Shown here: one piece after another, positions 1-14,500 of the stretch
Position numbering within the stretch: the stretch's first letter is position 1
How the letters are laid out: each line of letters opens with the position of its first letter
Origin: a virus
Taxonomy: Duplodnaviria; Caudoviricetes
DNA length: 64,000 nucleotides
Virus record (IMG/VR): IMGVR_UViG_3300029305_011823
Reading direction: 5' to 3' (one strand)
Position numbers and translations under genes: made by a program
Notes under the pieces: generated by a model
The model's database searches: none
Seen by the model: the letters and a program-made list of their open reading frames with translations, nothing else
What the model was told of the DNA's origin: nothing

Positions 1-2
1 AT

Positions 3-3000
3 GATTATCAAGAAATACTTCTTGGCACTAATAATCTAGAAGTATTAAAATGTGATAAGCCTTCTACTATACATAAATTGGTAGAGTTACTTCCAGATAG
101 AAACGGACAAGAAAACCCAGGTAAATTAATAACTACTGTTCAAGATAGATTAAATCCTTATTGCTTTGAAGTGTTATTAGAAAAGAACTGGGAAATAACA
201 TCTGAAGTTGGTCTATTAGTAGCTGATTATATATTCGACCCTGCTATACATAATAGTATGATACCTGTTATGAATGATGGTTATCTTGATGATTGTGTTA
301 TAGAAGATGAGGTGATATTAAACTACGTAGAACCAACAGATGAAGTAGAAGTAGTAAATGAAAACGAAGGAATAATGACTTTAGAAGAAACTGAAGGAAG
401 AATGGTTATAAGAAGAAAAATTTATAATCTTAAAGGAGAATCTCCAAGTAGTATTAGATTCGGTGCTGCTTATATGGAACAGAATTTATACACTGATGAA
501 GTCTACCACTATCGTTTATCACTAATAGAAGTATTGTATATTGATATCAGTAACTGTACAGATATAACACGCCTATTTAATGTATGTAAAAATTTACGAA
601 AAGTTGAAGGTATGTTAGTAACTAACAAAATAACTGCAATGTCATCAGTATTCTTTGCTTGTAAAAAATTAACTTCAATAGATTTAAGTAACTGGGATAC
701 TAGAAATGTGACTACTATACAAGCTATGTTCTATCATTGTGATTCACTAACTTCATTAGATTTAAGTAATTGGGATGTTAGTAATGTAAGCGGTATGACT
801 TGTGTATTTACATGGTGTTCAGGTTTACAATCATTAAATTTAAATAATTGGAATACTAGTAATGTCATTCATATGAATGGATTTTTACAGGGTTGTGCTT
901 TATTAAGTAAATTAGATTTAAGTGGTTTTGATACTAGTAAAGTAACGACTATGAATAACATGCTTAATGGATGTAAATCTACATATATGGATTTATCCAA
1001 TTTTATAATCAATGATGATTGTGATATAACTTATATGATAGATTTTCAAAAATCAATCAAATATTTAAAACTAGACGACGCTGCTTCATTGGAAAAATTA
1101 CTTCCACAACTTCCAACTAGAGATGTTAATGACAAAGGACATATAGTAACTTATAATCCAGATGCTCTATCATCTACAGCTAAAACTACACTTACTAATA
1201 AAAACTGGGTAGTTCATTCAGTTGATGAATGTACAATTGCAGCTTATGGATTTGATAATACTGTATGCGAAGATGTAATGCCAATATTCAATGAAGATTA
1301 TGATGCTTCTGCGTTATCTATATCTGACCATGTTCACGGTGGATATTTTGTTCATAGAGATATCATGAACTTTGAAGGTAAACTACCATCAACAATTAAA
1401 TTCGGTGGAGATGAACCTGATGCTAGAACTAATGCATTAATGCAAATAGGTGATATTAACTTAACTGGAATAACTGATTATTCTGAAATGTTTAAAAACT
1501 GTACTAACTTAAATTATCTAAATATCTGTGTTGGAGAAAAAACTCCTACAAATGTCTCTCATATGTTTGAAGGATGTTCTAACTTAGAATTATTTGATAT
1601 TTATAGAATGGAATTTGACGAAATTACTTCATATGAAGGAATGTTCGCTGGATGTAATAAATTATGTAAAATAAGGGTAAGAGATATTCAAAATGAAGTA
1701 TTTATGAATATACTTAGAGATGAAAATAATAATTTTGCTGAAGTAAAAGAAATAGTAAGTAGTCGTGTACATGACTTAACTGAAGAAGAAAGAGGAGTAA
1801 TCGAAGGATTAGGATGGGGATTAAAAGGAATGATTGCTCATTATGCTTATGATGCTATGATAGCTAACGATTATATACCTGTATTTAATGATGAATTTAC
1901 TGATTTTGAAGTATTTGATTACTTAAATGAAAGACAAGGAATTATGCATAGAACTATAGAAAGTAATCAGTTGCCTACATTAATGAGATTTGGTCAGAGT
2001 GCGGCTGGAAATGATGGGGTAGAAAATATACCTAAAAATTTATTGAGTTTATTAGAAGTATATGACTGTGATACTAATAATTTAAATACTATGGAAAATA
2101 TGTTTGATTGGTGTATAAATGTTATTAAAATCAATGCTAATTGGGTTACTAGTAAAGTAACTAATATGCGAGCTATGTTCAATAATTGTCAAAAGTTAAC
2201 TTCATTAGATGTAAGTGGTTTTGATACTAGTAATGTAACTGATATGAGATATATGTTCAGTTATTGTAATAAACTAACTTCATTAGATGTAAGTAATTTT
2301 AATACTGGTAATGTAACTACTATGAGAAGTATGTTCGCTAATTGTTATAATTTAACTTCATTAGATGTAAGTAATTTTAATACTAGTAAAGTAGATAATA
2401 TGGCTGATATGTTCTGGAATTGTAGTAAATTAACATCATTAGATGTAAGTAAATGGGATACTAGTAAAGTAACTGATATGAGATATATGTTCAGTTATTG
2501 TAATAAACTAACTTCATTAGATGTAAGTAATTTTAATACTGGTAATGTAACTACTATGAGAAGTATGTTCGCTAATTGTTATAATTTAACTTCATTAGAT
2601 GTAAGTAATTTTAATACTAGTAAAGTAAATAATATAAGCAATATGTTCTCTTATTGTAATAAATTAACTTCATTAGATGTAAATAATTGGGATACTAGTA
2701 ATGTAGTTGCAGCACATTATATGTTTGATGCTTGTAGTTCATTAAAAGTCTTACATCTGAGTAATTGGGATACAACTAAAATATCACTTATGCAATTTAT
2801 GTTTGCTTCTTGTCATACTTTGTCAGTGTTAGATCTATGTAATTTTACAATAAACGAAAATACTAATATTGAAGTTTTATTTAGTTCAGCACTTCGTGTA
2901 ATTAGATGTAATAATGCTGAAAGTGTAAGAATGATTGTTCCTAAACTTATTACAAAAGAACAAGAATTAGAACCTGGCATAATAATATCAGATGCTGAAA

Positions 3001-5504
3001 TATCTGAAGAAACACTAGCAGCTCTAGCAGCTAAGAACTGGACTGTCGTTACTTCTGATTCATTTATTAAAGTTGCTGAATATGTATACGACCCTGATGT
3101 TTGGGCTTCATTAATACCTGAGTTCAACGCTGAGTTTGTAAGATACTTTATAAATGACGAAGAGATTGAAGGAGAAGGTGTTGACGGTACTGTTAAGACA
3201 TTGGTTAAGAGAACTATTTGGAGTTTAGGTGATTTACCTATAATGATGAAATTTGGATACCCTTATGGCGACAATTTAATTGGAAATAAACATAAGTCGT
3301 TATTGGAAGTTAATTATATAGATATGAATGCAATAAATACTATGCGTCATATGTTTAGACTTTGTACGAATATAAGAAAAATTGAGTTAAACACAATAGG
3401 CGATAATGTAACTGACATGTATACAGCTTTTGCTAATTGTTATAAATTAACTTCATTAGATGTAAGTAATTTTAATACTAGTAATGTAACTAATATGGAT
3501 TACATGTTCTATAGATGTGAATCATTAACTTTATTAGATGTAAGTAATTTTGATACTGGTAAAGTAACTACTATGGAATATATGTTTGGTCTTTGTAAAT
3601 CATTAACTTCGTTAGATGTAAGTAATTTTGATACTAGTAAAGTAACTATTATGAGAAGAATGTTTGCTTATTGTGAGTCATTAACTTCATTAGATGTAAG
3701 TAATTGGGATACTAGTAATGTAACTGATATGTATGAAATGTTCGTTAATTGTAAATCGTTAACTACATTAGATGTAAGTAACTGGAATACTGGTAAAGTA
3801 TACAGAATACACAGTATGTTTTATGGTTGTGGATTGCTTGAATCAATCGATCTAAGTAATTTTGAGTTAGATAAAATGACTAATGCTAACGGTTTTGGTT
3901 GGATGTTTAGTTTTTGCTCTAATCTAAAGGAAGTTAAATTACCTAAATTTAATATGTCGACATCATATGCTTGTATGTTTAGATACGCAACATCTATTAA
4001 ATTTATAGATTTATCTAACACTATTACAATAACTGAAAATATTTCTGAGTTGTTTGAAGAATGTCATAATCTAGAAACTATTGACATAAGCAATATTAAA
4101 CTGAATGTTTCTAGTAATGTTAATGAATTATTCTATAATGTTGGAAATACTTTAACAGACATAGGTATGGTTCACTGTGATGTTGAAACTATTAACATAG
4201 TAGCAGCACAAACACCAGTACAACCAATCACTATATGGATAGGAACTCACTTAACAGCAGAAGAAATAGCATCACTAGACCAATACGACCACATAACTTA
4301 CAGTATACAACTAGAAAACGCAGAGAGATTATTACTTAGCTCACCACTTCTTGAAGGTGATGAAATAAAAGTAGTAGATGGACAGTTATGTCATGTTCAT
4401 AATACTGGTATGGATGTATTTGATGGTAGTACTGACGAAGGTTGGGTTTTAGGTTCTGTAGGTACTAGTAACTATAGAATTGAATTATATTCTCAAGAAG
4501 TTCTTACATATGGTCATAGTTATTCGAATTATTTATCTAGAGGATTTGCGATATGTGATAGAATACCTAGATTATATACTGATACTACAGCTGATGCTAC
4601 TATTTATCCACTTGATAAATCATTTATAAGTTTATTAGATAGTGGTACATCAATTTATAATAGAGCAGCATCTATTAAATTATCAAGAGAAATTGCTAAT
4701 ACAGTTGCAGAAGGAAAAGCATGGTTAGCTAAAAATCCTCTTACTTTAATTTATTCATTAGCAGAACCTTGGACTGAAGTAATTGATTTACCAAGAGCTA
4801 ATATAGACGTAGAACTTTATGAAAACGGAGTACTTTATATGTCAGACCCAACTGCTTCTATAAATAGAGTTGATTCTGATGGTAATATGATTATAGATAC
4901 AATACAAGGGGATTCAGTTATGAACGTTTCTAATCAACAATTCTCTGTTGAATTATCAGAAGAATCTGATGCTCCTATACAAACAGGAGAAATATTAGAA
5001 GATAATTCTATTAGACCTAAATTCTACGGAAGAACTATGGTTAACTTAATGGATATAATTGGATGGGGAAAATTTATACATCCTACTGATAACTATGGTG
5101 CATATATTTATAATTCACATGATATAACAAATAAATCCATAACTATAACTAACTTTAATGATAAACCTATAAAAATAGGAATATATAATAGTGAAGTACA
5201 AAATGCTGATGGTAGAGGTGTAGATATAGCTGCTAATTCATCTGTTATTATAAATCTATCTGAAGTTGAAAGTTTATTCTCGGTACTTGGTAGATTTACA
5301 GAGGGATGGAGTGAAGAAAATATGCACGAACTTAAAAATATAAACATATTTGAAGGTGAATTATCTGAGGATGAATTACCTGAAAATAGAATGAACGGAA
5401 TGAGAAATGCGTTTGATAAGTATCAAACAACTGAAGGTAAATACAGAGTTGAAATGGTTGTAAGTAATTCACCAATTCAATTTGGTAAAGCTGGAAGAAA
5501 ATAA
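3..5504 (+). CDS. Giant multi-module LRR (DUF285/26-residue repeat) protein 1, 5'-truncated by the window; putative virion fibre/adhesin
   Basis: The frame is open from nt 3 (DYQEILLGTNNLEVLKCDKPSTIHKLVELLPDR), so the TTG at 78 is not the true start. It has four capped modules of LTSLDVSNWDTSNVTxMxxMFxxC repeats and a phage-tail-like C-terminal region (SSPLLEGD...KAWLAKNPLTLIY). Confidence 0.85.
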   Translation, partial: DYQEILLGTNNLEVLKCDKPSTIHKLVELLPDRNGQENPGKLITTVQDRLNPYCFEVLLEKNWEITSEVGLLVADYIFDPAIHNSMIPVMNDGYLDDCVIEDEVILNYVEPTDEVEVVNENEGIMTLEETEGRMVIRRKIYNLKGESPSSIRFGAAYMEQNLYTDEVYHYRLSLIEVLYIDISNCTDITRLFNVCKNLRKVEGMLVTNKITAMSSVFFACKKLTSIDLSNWDTRNVTTIQAMFYHCDSLTSLDLSNWDVSNVSGMTCVFTWCSGLQSLNLNNWNTSNVIHMNGFLQGCALLSKLDLSGFDTSKVTTMNNMLNGCKSTYMDLSNFIINDDCDITYMIDFQKSIKYLKLDDAASLEKLLPQLPTRDVNDKGHIVTYNPDALSSTAKTTLTNKNWVVHSVDECTIAAYGFDNTVCEDVMPIFNEDYDASALSISDHVHGGYFVHRDIMNFEGKLPSTIKFGGDEPDARTNALMQIGDINLTGITDYSEMFKNCTNLNYLNICVGEKTPTNVSHMFEGCSNLELFDIYRMEFDEITSYEGMFAGCNKLCKIRVRDIQNEVFMNILRDENNNFAEVKEIVSSRVHDLTEEERGVIEGLGWGLKGMIAHYAYDAMIANDYIPVFNDEFTDFEVFDYLNERQGIMHRTIESNQLPTLMRFGQSAAGNDGVENIPKNLLSLLEVYDCDTNNLNTMENMFDWCINVIKINANWVTSKVTNMRAMFNNCQKLTSLDVSGFDTSNVTDMRYMFSYCNKLTSLDVSNFNTGNVTTMRSMFANCYNLTSLDVSNFNTSKVDNMADMFWNCSKLTSLDVSKWDTSKVTDMRYMFSYCNKLTSLDVSNFNTGNVTTMRSMFANCYNLTSLDVSNFNTSKVNNISNMFSYCNKLTSLDVNNWDTSNVVAAHYMFDACSSLKVLHLSNWDTTKISLMQFMFASCHTLSVLDLCNFTINENTNIEVLFSSALRVIRCNNAESVRMIVPKLITKEQELEPGIIISDAEISEETLAALAAKNWTVVTSDSFIKVAEYVYDPDVWASLIPEFNAEFVRYFINDEEIEGEGVDGTVKTLVKRTIWSLGDLPIMMKFGYPYGDNLIGNKHKSLLEVNYIDMNAINTMRHMFRLCTNIRKIELNTIGDNVTDMYTAFANCYKLTSLDVSNFNTSNVTNMDYMFYRCESLTLLDVSNFDTGKVTTMEYMFGLCKSLTSLDVSNFDTSKVTIMRRMFAYCESLTSLDVSNWDTSNVTDMYEMFVNCKSLTTLDVSNWNTGKVYRIHSMFYGCGLLESIDLSNFELDKMTNANGFGWMFSFCSNLKEVKLPKFNMSTSYACMFRYATSIKFIDLSNTITITENISELFEECHNLETIDISNIKLNVSSNVNELFYNVGNTLTDIGMVHCDVETINIVAAQTPVQPITIWIGTHLTAEEIASLDQYDHITYSIQLENAERLLLSSPLLEGDEIKVVDGQLCHVHNTGMDVFDGSTDEGWVLGSVGTSNYRIELYSQEVLTYGHSYSNYLSRGFAICDRIPRLYTDTTADATIYPLDKSFISLLDSGTSIYNRAASIKLSREIANTVAEGKAWLAKNPLTLIYSLAEPWTEVIDLPRANIDVELYENGVLYMSDPTASINRVDSDGNMIIDTIQGDSVMNVSNQQFSVELSEESDAPIQTGEILEDNSIRPKFYGRTMVNLMDIIGWGKFIHPTDNYGAYIYNSHDITNKSITITNFNDKPIKIGIYNSEVQNADGRGVDIAANSSVIINLSEVESLFSVLGRFTEGWSEENMHELKNINIFEGELSEDELPENRMNGMRNAFDKYQTTEGKYRVEMVVSNSPIQFGKAGRK
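2235..2627 (+). repeat. Exact 159-bp direct repeat (2235-2393 = 2469-2627), offset 234 = 3 LRR units
   Basis: Base-by-base comparison. Confidence 0.9.
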
Positions 5505-5523
5505 TATTAATCTTTTATCTAAA

Positions 5524-5535
5524 AACAAATAGATA
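5524..5535 (+). promoter_or_regulatory. AACA-N6-TA late-type promoter
   Basis: AACA AATAGA TA upstream of LRR gene 2. Confidence 0.7.
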
Positions 5536-5596
5536 AGAGAAAAGGGCGTATAGAGATTTCTCTATACGCCTATTTAATATAGAAAGGAGAAAAAAT

Positions 5597-8500
5597 ATGA
5601 GTATAATTGCTAAATATAAATTTGATAAAAGTATATATGAAAATTTAATACCTGAGTTTAATGAAGGGTATACTGGATATACTATAAGTGATGAGATAGA
5701 TAGCGAGAATAGCAATCATGTTATAAGAACTATAAGTCATGATAATATGAAGCCTACGCTAATGCGATTCGGTCAAGTATGGCAAGAGGGTGCAGTATTA
5801 GGTGGTGCTCGATATGAATCTTTATTGGAAATTATTTCATTAGATACAAGTGCGTTAACTAACATGCACAGTATGTTTAGAAGCTGTTTTAATGTATACA
5901 GAATAAATACTGATGGATGGGATACTAGAAATGTAACTGAAATGAGACAGACATTTACACGTTGTTATTCATTAACTTCAATAGATGTAAGTAATATACA
6001 CGTAACTGGAGTTTTATATGCATATTTTTCGCAATGTATCAATTTAACTGAAATAATAGGACTTGACACATGGGATACTAGTAACGTAACTAATATGGAG
6101 CACATGTTCCATAATTGTTATAATTTAACTTCATTAGATTTAAGTAATTGGGATGTTAGTAATGTAGCTAATATGTTTTATATGTTTTCTTATTGTAATA
6201 ATTTAACTACAATAGGAGATGTAAGTAATTGGAATACTAGTAAAGTAACTGATATGAGTCAAATGTTTTTTAATTGTCAATCATTAACTTCATTAGATAT
6301 GAGTAATTGGAATACTGGTAAAGTAACCAATGTGCATCAAATGTTCCATAATTGTCATGCTATAAAATCAGTAGGAAATATTAGAAATTTTATTACTAAT
6401 AAGAGTACAACTATGAAAGGATTGTTTGAAAACTGTTATGCTTTAAAGGATATAGATACTAGCAATTGGGACGTTAGTAATGTAGATACAATGGAATATG
6501 CATTTGAAGAATGTCAATCATTAACTACATTAGACTTAAGTGATTGGAATATCAAAAGCACATGTGTTACAGTTGCAATGTTAACTAGTTGCGGTGTAAA
6601 AACTATATACATGTATAATTCTGATTATGCTTCGGTAAATAGAATTATAGAACAATTACCTCAAGTTGATAATGCTGAATTATATATAGGAGGTATAGAT
6701 AGTTTAGGCTCTGTAAATTTATCTGGTGCACGTGCTAAAAATTGGAGTGTAATCAATAAGTATAAAGTAGCTAAATATAAATTTGATAAAAGTATATATG
6801 AAAATTTAATACCTGAGTTTAATGAAGGGTATACTGGATATACTATAAGTGATGAGATAGATAGCGAGAATAGCAATCATGTTATAAGAACTATACTAGG
6901 AAATAGTTTACCTACATCGATGATATTTGGTGTAATGAATCCAAATCCAGTTGAAGATAAACATAAATGTTTATTGGACGTTGCATATGTAAATATCGAT
7001 AATATTGTTAATATGCATAGTATGTTTAGATACTGTATAAATTTATTATCAATAAATACAAGTAATTGGAATACTGCTCATGTAACTAATATGCATGATT
7101 TATTTCATAGTTGTCGTTCATTAACTTCATTGGATGTAAGTAATTTTGATACTAGTAATGTGAAAAATATGGGTTATATGTTTGTAAGTTGTTATAGATT
7201 AACTTCATTAGATGTAAGTAATTGGGATGTTAGTAAAGTAACTGATATGAATAATCTGTTCTATGATTGTAATAAATTAACTTCATTAGATGTAAGTAAT
7301 TGGGATACTAGTAGTGCAACTGTTATGGGTGGTATGTTCCGTGATTGTAATGCATTAACTTCATTGGATGTAAGTAATTTTGATACTAGTAAAGTAACTG
7401 ATATGAGTTATATGTTCTATGACTGTTATTCATTAACTTCATTAGATGTAAGTAAATGGGATACTAGTAATCTAACTGATATAGAATATATGTTCAATAA
7501 TTGTAATAGATTAACTTCATTAGATGTAAGTAATTGGGATACACGAAATCTACAAAAAGCATCATTAGCATTCTATAATTGTAAAAGGTTAGCAGTAATA
7601 GATGTTAGTAGATGGAAAATGAATGCAATACTATCATGTTATAGAATGTTTGATGCTTGTTCAGGCATATCTAAAGTAGATATATCCAACTGGGAATTAA
7701 CATACTCATCGGCTCATTTATATAGTTTGTGTTCAAATACTAATATAACACAATTTGAATTTCCTGATAGGACACAAAAGGTACGATATATACATCACAT
7801 ATTTAATAATTGTGTAAACTTAGAAGTTATCAATTTTAAAGACTGGGATATTTATGCATCTGAATCAACTACATCTGATATTGAAAAATACGATATATTT
7901 GGGATAAATATTGATAATAATAAAACTGTACCACCTATTAAAAAAATTATATCTAATAATTTAAGTACTATAAAAATATTAGCTAATAATCAAGCATTGC
8001 CAGATAAAACTGGTGAAGTTGAACCAGGTTATATCGTTACTACTCTAAGAGACCAAATAGATGAAGAAACTCTTGCAGCTTTAACTGCTAAAAACTGGGT
8101 AGTTAAGGACTTAGTTGCTCAATATAAATATGATGCTAATACATATGAAAACTTATTACCAGAATTCAATACTGAGTTTACTTCAGATAAATATGAAATT
8201 CATGATAGTATTAGTGAGGGCGTTATAACATATAACGATGTTACTGCATGGCATGAGGATGAAATTAATTTAAATTCGAATCTTATTACATGTCTAAGCA
8301 ATACAACTTATCATTTTATTAAAGGATTTGGAACTATACGTTGGTATGACTCTAATAAAAATTATATAGACGTTTCGTTATTCACTGATGGAGCGTACAT
8401 GACGTCTCCAATAAATGCTAGATACATGATGATTGTATATAATAAAGAGAATGGAAAAAATAGTTTTGAATTAGTATCTAAACTAGTAACTAGAAGTATA

Positions 8501-11500
8501 GAAAGTAAAAACGGTGATTTACCTACATTAATGAGATTCGGTCATAATGGAGATTCTACAGACGACCAAGCTACATACACTGGTCCAGCAACAGCATTAT
8601 TAAAAGTATTTGCTGCCAATACTAGTGAGTTAACAACTGGAGAAAGAATGTTTAGATATTGTAAAAGAGTTGAGGAAATACGCTGTTCAAATTGGAATAC
8701 TTCTAATATGACAGATATGGGTTCTATGTTCGCTACGGCTAGTGATTATTTAACAGAATTAGATGTAAGTAATTTAGATGTTAGTAATGTACATAATATA
8801 TCAACTATGTTCTGGGGTTGTTTTAAATTAACTTCATTAGATGTAAGTAACTGGGATACTAGTAATGTAATTAATATGTACGGTGTGTTTACTGCCGCAT
8901 ATAATTTAAATAATATAATTGGTATTGAAGACTGGGATACTAGTAGCGTAAAGGTTATGAATTATATGTTTTCTTATTGCTATATTCTACAATCATTGGA
9001 CTTATCTAAATGGAATGTTAATAATGTGACTAATATGGAAATGATGTTCTATGATTGTACTTCATTAGAATTGTTAAACTTAAGTAATTGGGATATGAGT
9101 CAAGTGATTTATATGAATAATATGATAAATAATTGCAATGAATTGAACTCAATAATAATGTATAATTCAAATGCTGTTTCAATCAATATTATTATAAATC
9201 AATTACCTACTAGAACAGAAGCTAGTAAAGGTGCTTTAGTTATAGCAGGTGTAGATGATAGAACTTTAGTAAATATAAATGTTGCTGAATCTAAGTTCTG
9301 GATTGTTAAATCTAGATTAGTAGCTAAATATAAATTTAATAAAAGTATATATGATAATTTAATACCTAATATGGGAACTGACTTCACTTCTTATACTGTT
9401 ATCGACAAAGTAAATCCATATAATGTAAATCATATAACAAGAATGCTTGTTAGTGATTTCGCTCCTCAGATAATGAAATTTGGTACTGATGGCGATGATT
9501 ATACTAAAGCTAAAGCTAAAGCTTTAATGGAAGTAATACATGTTCATATGGATAACTTAAGATGGTGCTATAACATGTTTAGAGGATGCCAATATGCTAC
9601 AGCTATAAATATGAAAAATGTTAATACTGATTTAATGACTAATATGTCATGTATGTTCTCTATGTGTTATAACATAACAACGCTAGATGTAAGTAGTTTT
9701 AATACAAGTCAAATAACTGATATGCAATATGTATTTGACGATTGTAATAAATTAACTGAAATAAAAGGGCTTGAAAATTGGGATGTTAGTAATGTAACTA
9801 ATTTCCGTGCTATGTTTGAAAATTGTCGAGTGTTAACTTCACTTTCTGACATATATGATTGGAATGTAGGTAAGGCTGAAAGTATGACTTTAATGTTCCA
9901 AAATTGTTATAAATTAACTTCGTTAGATTTAAATAATTGGGATACTGGTAACGTAACTACTATGGATAATATGTTCTGTGACTGTAATAAATTAACTTCA
10001 TTAGATGTAAGTAATTTTGATACTAGTAAAGTAACTAGAATGGACCATATGTTTGAAAAATGTCAATCACTAACTTCATTAGATGTAAGTAATTTTAATA
10101 CTATTAATGTAACTAAAATGAATAGTATGTTCGTTAACTGTAATAAATTAACTTCATTAGATGTAAGTGGTTTTAATACTAGTAAAGTAACTGATATGGA
10201 ATACATGTTCCAATATTGTGAATCATTAACTTCATTAGATGTAAGTAATTTTGATACTAGTAATGTAATTACTATGGCTTGTATGTTCATGTTTTGTTAC
10301 TCATTAACTTCATTAGATGTACGTAATTGGGATACTAGTAATGTAACAAATATGGGAAGAGTATTTGAAGCATGTGGTCAATTAGTAAATTTAGATATAA
10401 GTAGATGGAATACTGGTAATGTGACTAATATGGTAAGTTTATTTGCTAATTGTTATAAATTAACTTCATTAGATGTAAGTAATTTTAATACTAGTAAAGT
10501 AACTAATATGAGTAGTATGTTCGAAGATGCTGGAAGTACTAATAACAATAATGGATTATCTGTATTAAATTTATCTAATTTTAATTTTAGTAAAGTTACT
10601 AATGCAATGTGGATGTTAAATGGAACTGATGGACAATTAAAAATAAAAGAACTTAATTTAAATAATTTAGATTTAGCTACCATTTCGGATATACGTGACT
10701 TTATAGATAGTGACTATTCTAATAGTATACAAAATCCAAGAATAATATCTAATAACTTAAACACTATTAATTTATTGGCTGATATGTTACCAAATAGAAG
10801 TACAATAACTACATCAGGACAAATAGTAACTACAATAAGAGACCAAATAGATGAAGAAACTATGGCTGCTTTAACTGCTAAAAACTGGATTGTTAAGGGT
10901 TCAGTTGCTCAATATGTATACGATGCGAACACTTACGAAGACTTAATACCTGAGTTCAACCCTGAGTTTACTGAGGATATGTATGAGGTTCATGATAGTG
11001 TTAGTGAGATTGTTATTGATGATATACAATGGGAACCAGGTGGTATATCAGAAACTGCTGGTACTGATCATAATGGTATAAATGAAGAGTATCCTGATAG
11101 AGTTAGAAGTGGATATTTAACAGTTATACCAAATATAGAATATAAATTCAACGTTCCTTATGTACATGTATATTGGTATAATGAAAATAAACAGTTTATT
11201 TCTTATGATGGTATGTATGGTACAAATGGCGGTACTACTATGAAAGGGAATTCGTGTGTGGCTCCAATAAAGGCTAAATACTTAAGAATAGGTAGAGGTG
11301 CAGGTCCTTATACTATGTCTATTACAGCTAAGCTAGTAACTAGAAGTATAGAAAGTAAAAATGGCGATTTACCAACATTAATGAGATTTGGCACAGATTC
11401 TTGGGATATTGTCACAGATAAAAGTAAATCATTGTTAAAAATTGTGGATTTAAGTTCTAATAGTTTAATTATAATGACATATATGTTTAATAAATGTATA

Positions 11501-14500
11501 CGATTAACAAATGTTAATACTACTAACTGGGATGTTAGTAATGTAACTTATATGTATAGTATGTTCTTTGGTTGTACTAATTTAACTTCATTAGATGTAA
11601 GTAATTGGGATACTAGTAATGTAACTAATATGGGTGATTTGTTTACCGCTTGTCAATCATTAAAATCATTAGATGTAAGTGGATGGGATACTAGTAAAGT
11701 AACTAATATGTATCAAATGTTCGGTGATTGTATTAATTTAACTTCATTAGATGTAAGTAATTTTGATACTAGTGAAGTAACTAGTATGAATCATATGTTC
11801 AATAATTGTAAATCATTAACTTCATTAGATGTAAGTAATTTTGATACTAGTAAAATAACTAATATGGCTTATATGTTCTATAATTGCACTAGTTTAACTT
11901 CATTAGATTTAAGTAATTTTAATACTAGTAATGTAACTGTTATGAATCATATGTTCGCTGAGTGTAAAAAATTAACTTCATTAGATGTAAGTAATTTTAA
12001 TACTAGTAATGTAACTGATATGGGTTGTATGTTTAAAGAATGTAATGCATTAACAACAGTAGGAAATTTAAGTAATTGGAATACTGCTAGTGTTTCATAT
12101 ATGAACTATATGTTCTATGATTGTAGAAAATTAGCATCATTGGAAGGAATAGGTGGCTGGAATACTGCTAAAGTACTTGGAACGTTCGGTATGTTCTATC
12201 AATGTGCTGTAATAACTTCATTAGATGTGGCTGGATGGAATACTAGTAATATAAACACTATGGGAGCCATGTTCCAAGGTTGTAGTAGTTTATCATCATT
12301 AGACGTAAGTCATTGGAATGTTGCCAAAGTAGAGAATATGAATGGATTATTCCATGCTTGTAAAGCATTAACAACATTAGACGTAAGTAAATGGAATACT
12401 GCGAGATTAAATAAAATTAGTAGAGAACCTGGTGAGTTTAATGAACATATTTCTATATTCAGTGATTGTATTAATTTAACTTCATTGGATTTAAGTAATT
12501 GGAATATGAGTAATGTAACTAATACGAGATATATGTTCTATAATTGTAATAATTTAACTTCATTAGATGTAAGTAAATGGGATGTTAGTAAAGTAACTGA
12601 TATGGCTCAAATGTTCAGTGAATGTAAATTATTAACTTCATTAGATGTAAGTAAATGGGATGTTAGTAAAGTAACTGATATGAATAATATGTTCTATAAT
12701 TGTCAATCATTAACTTCATTAGATGTTCTTGAATGGGATACTAGTAGTTTAAGAGATATAACTAGTTTATTCTATGCATGTTCTAATTTAAAATCATTAG
12801 ATGTAAGTCATTGGAATGTTGATAATTGTGGTTCAGTTTTAGGGGATATAACTTATAGTATGCGTAATACATTTAATGATACTGGATTAAGAGTATTAAA
12901 TCTTAGTAAATGGTCTAAAATAGAATGGTTATATGATACATTAGAAGATGGAAGAATATGTAATAACTTTATAAATAGTACAGTGTTAAAAACTATAGAT
13001 TTCGGTAACTGTGTAATTCCATATTATCCAGTTAATTGGCTAAAAGCACCTAATTTAAGATATATTAAATGTGATAACGGAAATTCTGTTTCTAACTTAA
13101 TTGAACAAGTTCCTACTAGAACAGAGGCTGAGCCAGGATATATAATTACAACTGCTGAGATAAGCGATGACCATAAAGGTCTATTTAATGCTAAATATTG
13201 GAATATAGTTAAATTAGACGAAGTAGGAACAGATATTGCTATTTATAAATTCAATAAGAGTGTTTATAAATCATTAGTTCCTGTGTTTGATAATAACTTC
13301 GCAGATTGGTTTATGGACGACGTGGTAGAAGATGAAGTGAATGCTCCTAATATAGTTACTAGAACTATAAGAAGTATGGGAGGATTACCTACTAAAATGA
13401 TATTTGGTGTTAGTTCATCTTTAGGAGCATATGAAGATAGAAGTCTTTCATTACTAGAAGTACATAAACTTAATACGTCTAATATTACAACTATGGGTCA
13501 AATGTTTAAAAGATGTACTGGTGTAACTATGATAAATACTGCTGATTGGGATGTGTCTAATGTTACTAATATGAATGAATTGTTCTTTGAATGTGCTAAA
13601 ATAACTTCATTAGATGTAAGTAACTGGGATACACGTAAAGTAAATAATATGAGTAGTATATTTATACATTGCTTCAAATTACAAAATATAATAGGTTTAA
13701 ATAATTGGAATACTAGCAATGCACAAACTATGCAATGGATGTTCCAAGATTGTCAATCGTTAAAATCAATAGATGTAAGTAATTGGGATACTCGTAAAGT
13801 AAATAATATGGGTAGTATGTTTAGATATGCTATATCATTAGAATCATTAGATTTAAGTAGTTTTGATACTAGAGCTGTAACTAGTATGAATTGTATGTTT
13901 GCGGGTATTGATTATGGTAATTATAACCCAATGTCGTTAACAAGTATAACATTTGGTGAAAATTGGAATACTAGTAATGTACAAAATTTTGCTAATATGT
14001 TCTATGGTTGTCAATCATTAACTTCATTAGATGTAAGTAAATGGGATACTAGTAAAGCAACTAATATAGCTGGTATGTTCTGGGATTGTCGATCATTAAC
14101 TTCATTAGATGTAAGTAATTTTAATACTAGTAAAGTAACTAGAACGCAAGGTACGTTTAGAAATTGTAGAGCACTAGAATATATAGATGTAAGTAAATGG
14201 AATACTAGTAAAGTAACTGATATGCAGAATATGTTCTACGGTTGTCATTCATTAATTTCATTAGATGTAAGTAATTTTGATACTAGTATTATAACAGAAT
14301 TTGATGGTATGTTTGCTTATTGTAATAAATTAAGATATTTAATTTTAGGTAATTGGGACACTAGTAATGTAAAAGATATGGGGACAATGTTTGCCAATAA
14401 TTCAGGTGTTAGAGAATTAGATTTAAGTAGTTGGACTTGTAGTGCTGTTACAAAAGGAATGGGTTATATGTTCAGAAGTTGTATAAACTTAGAATATCTT

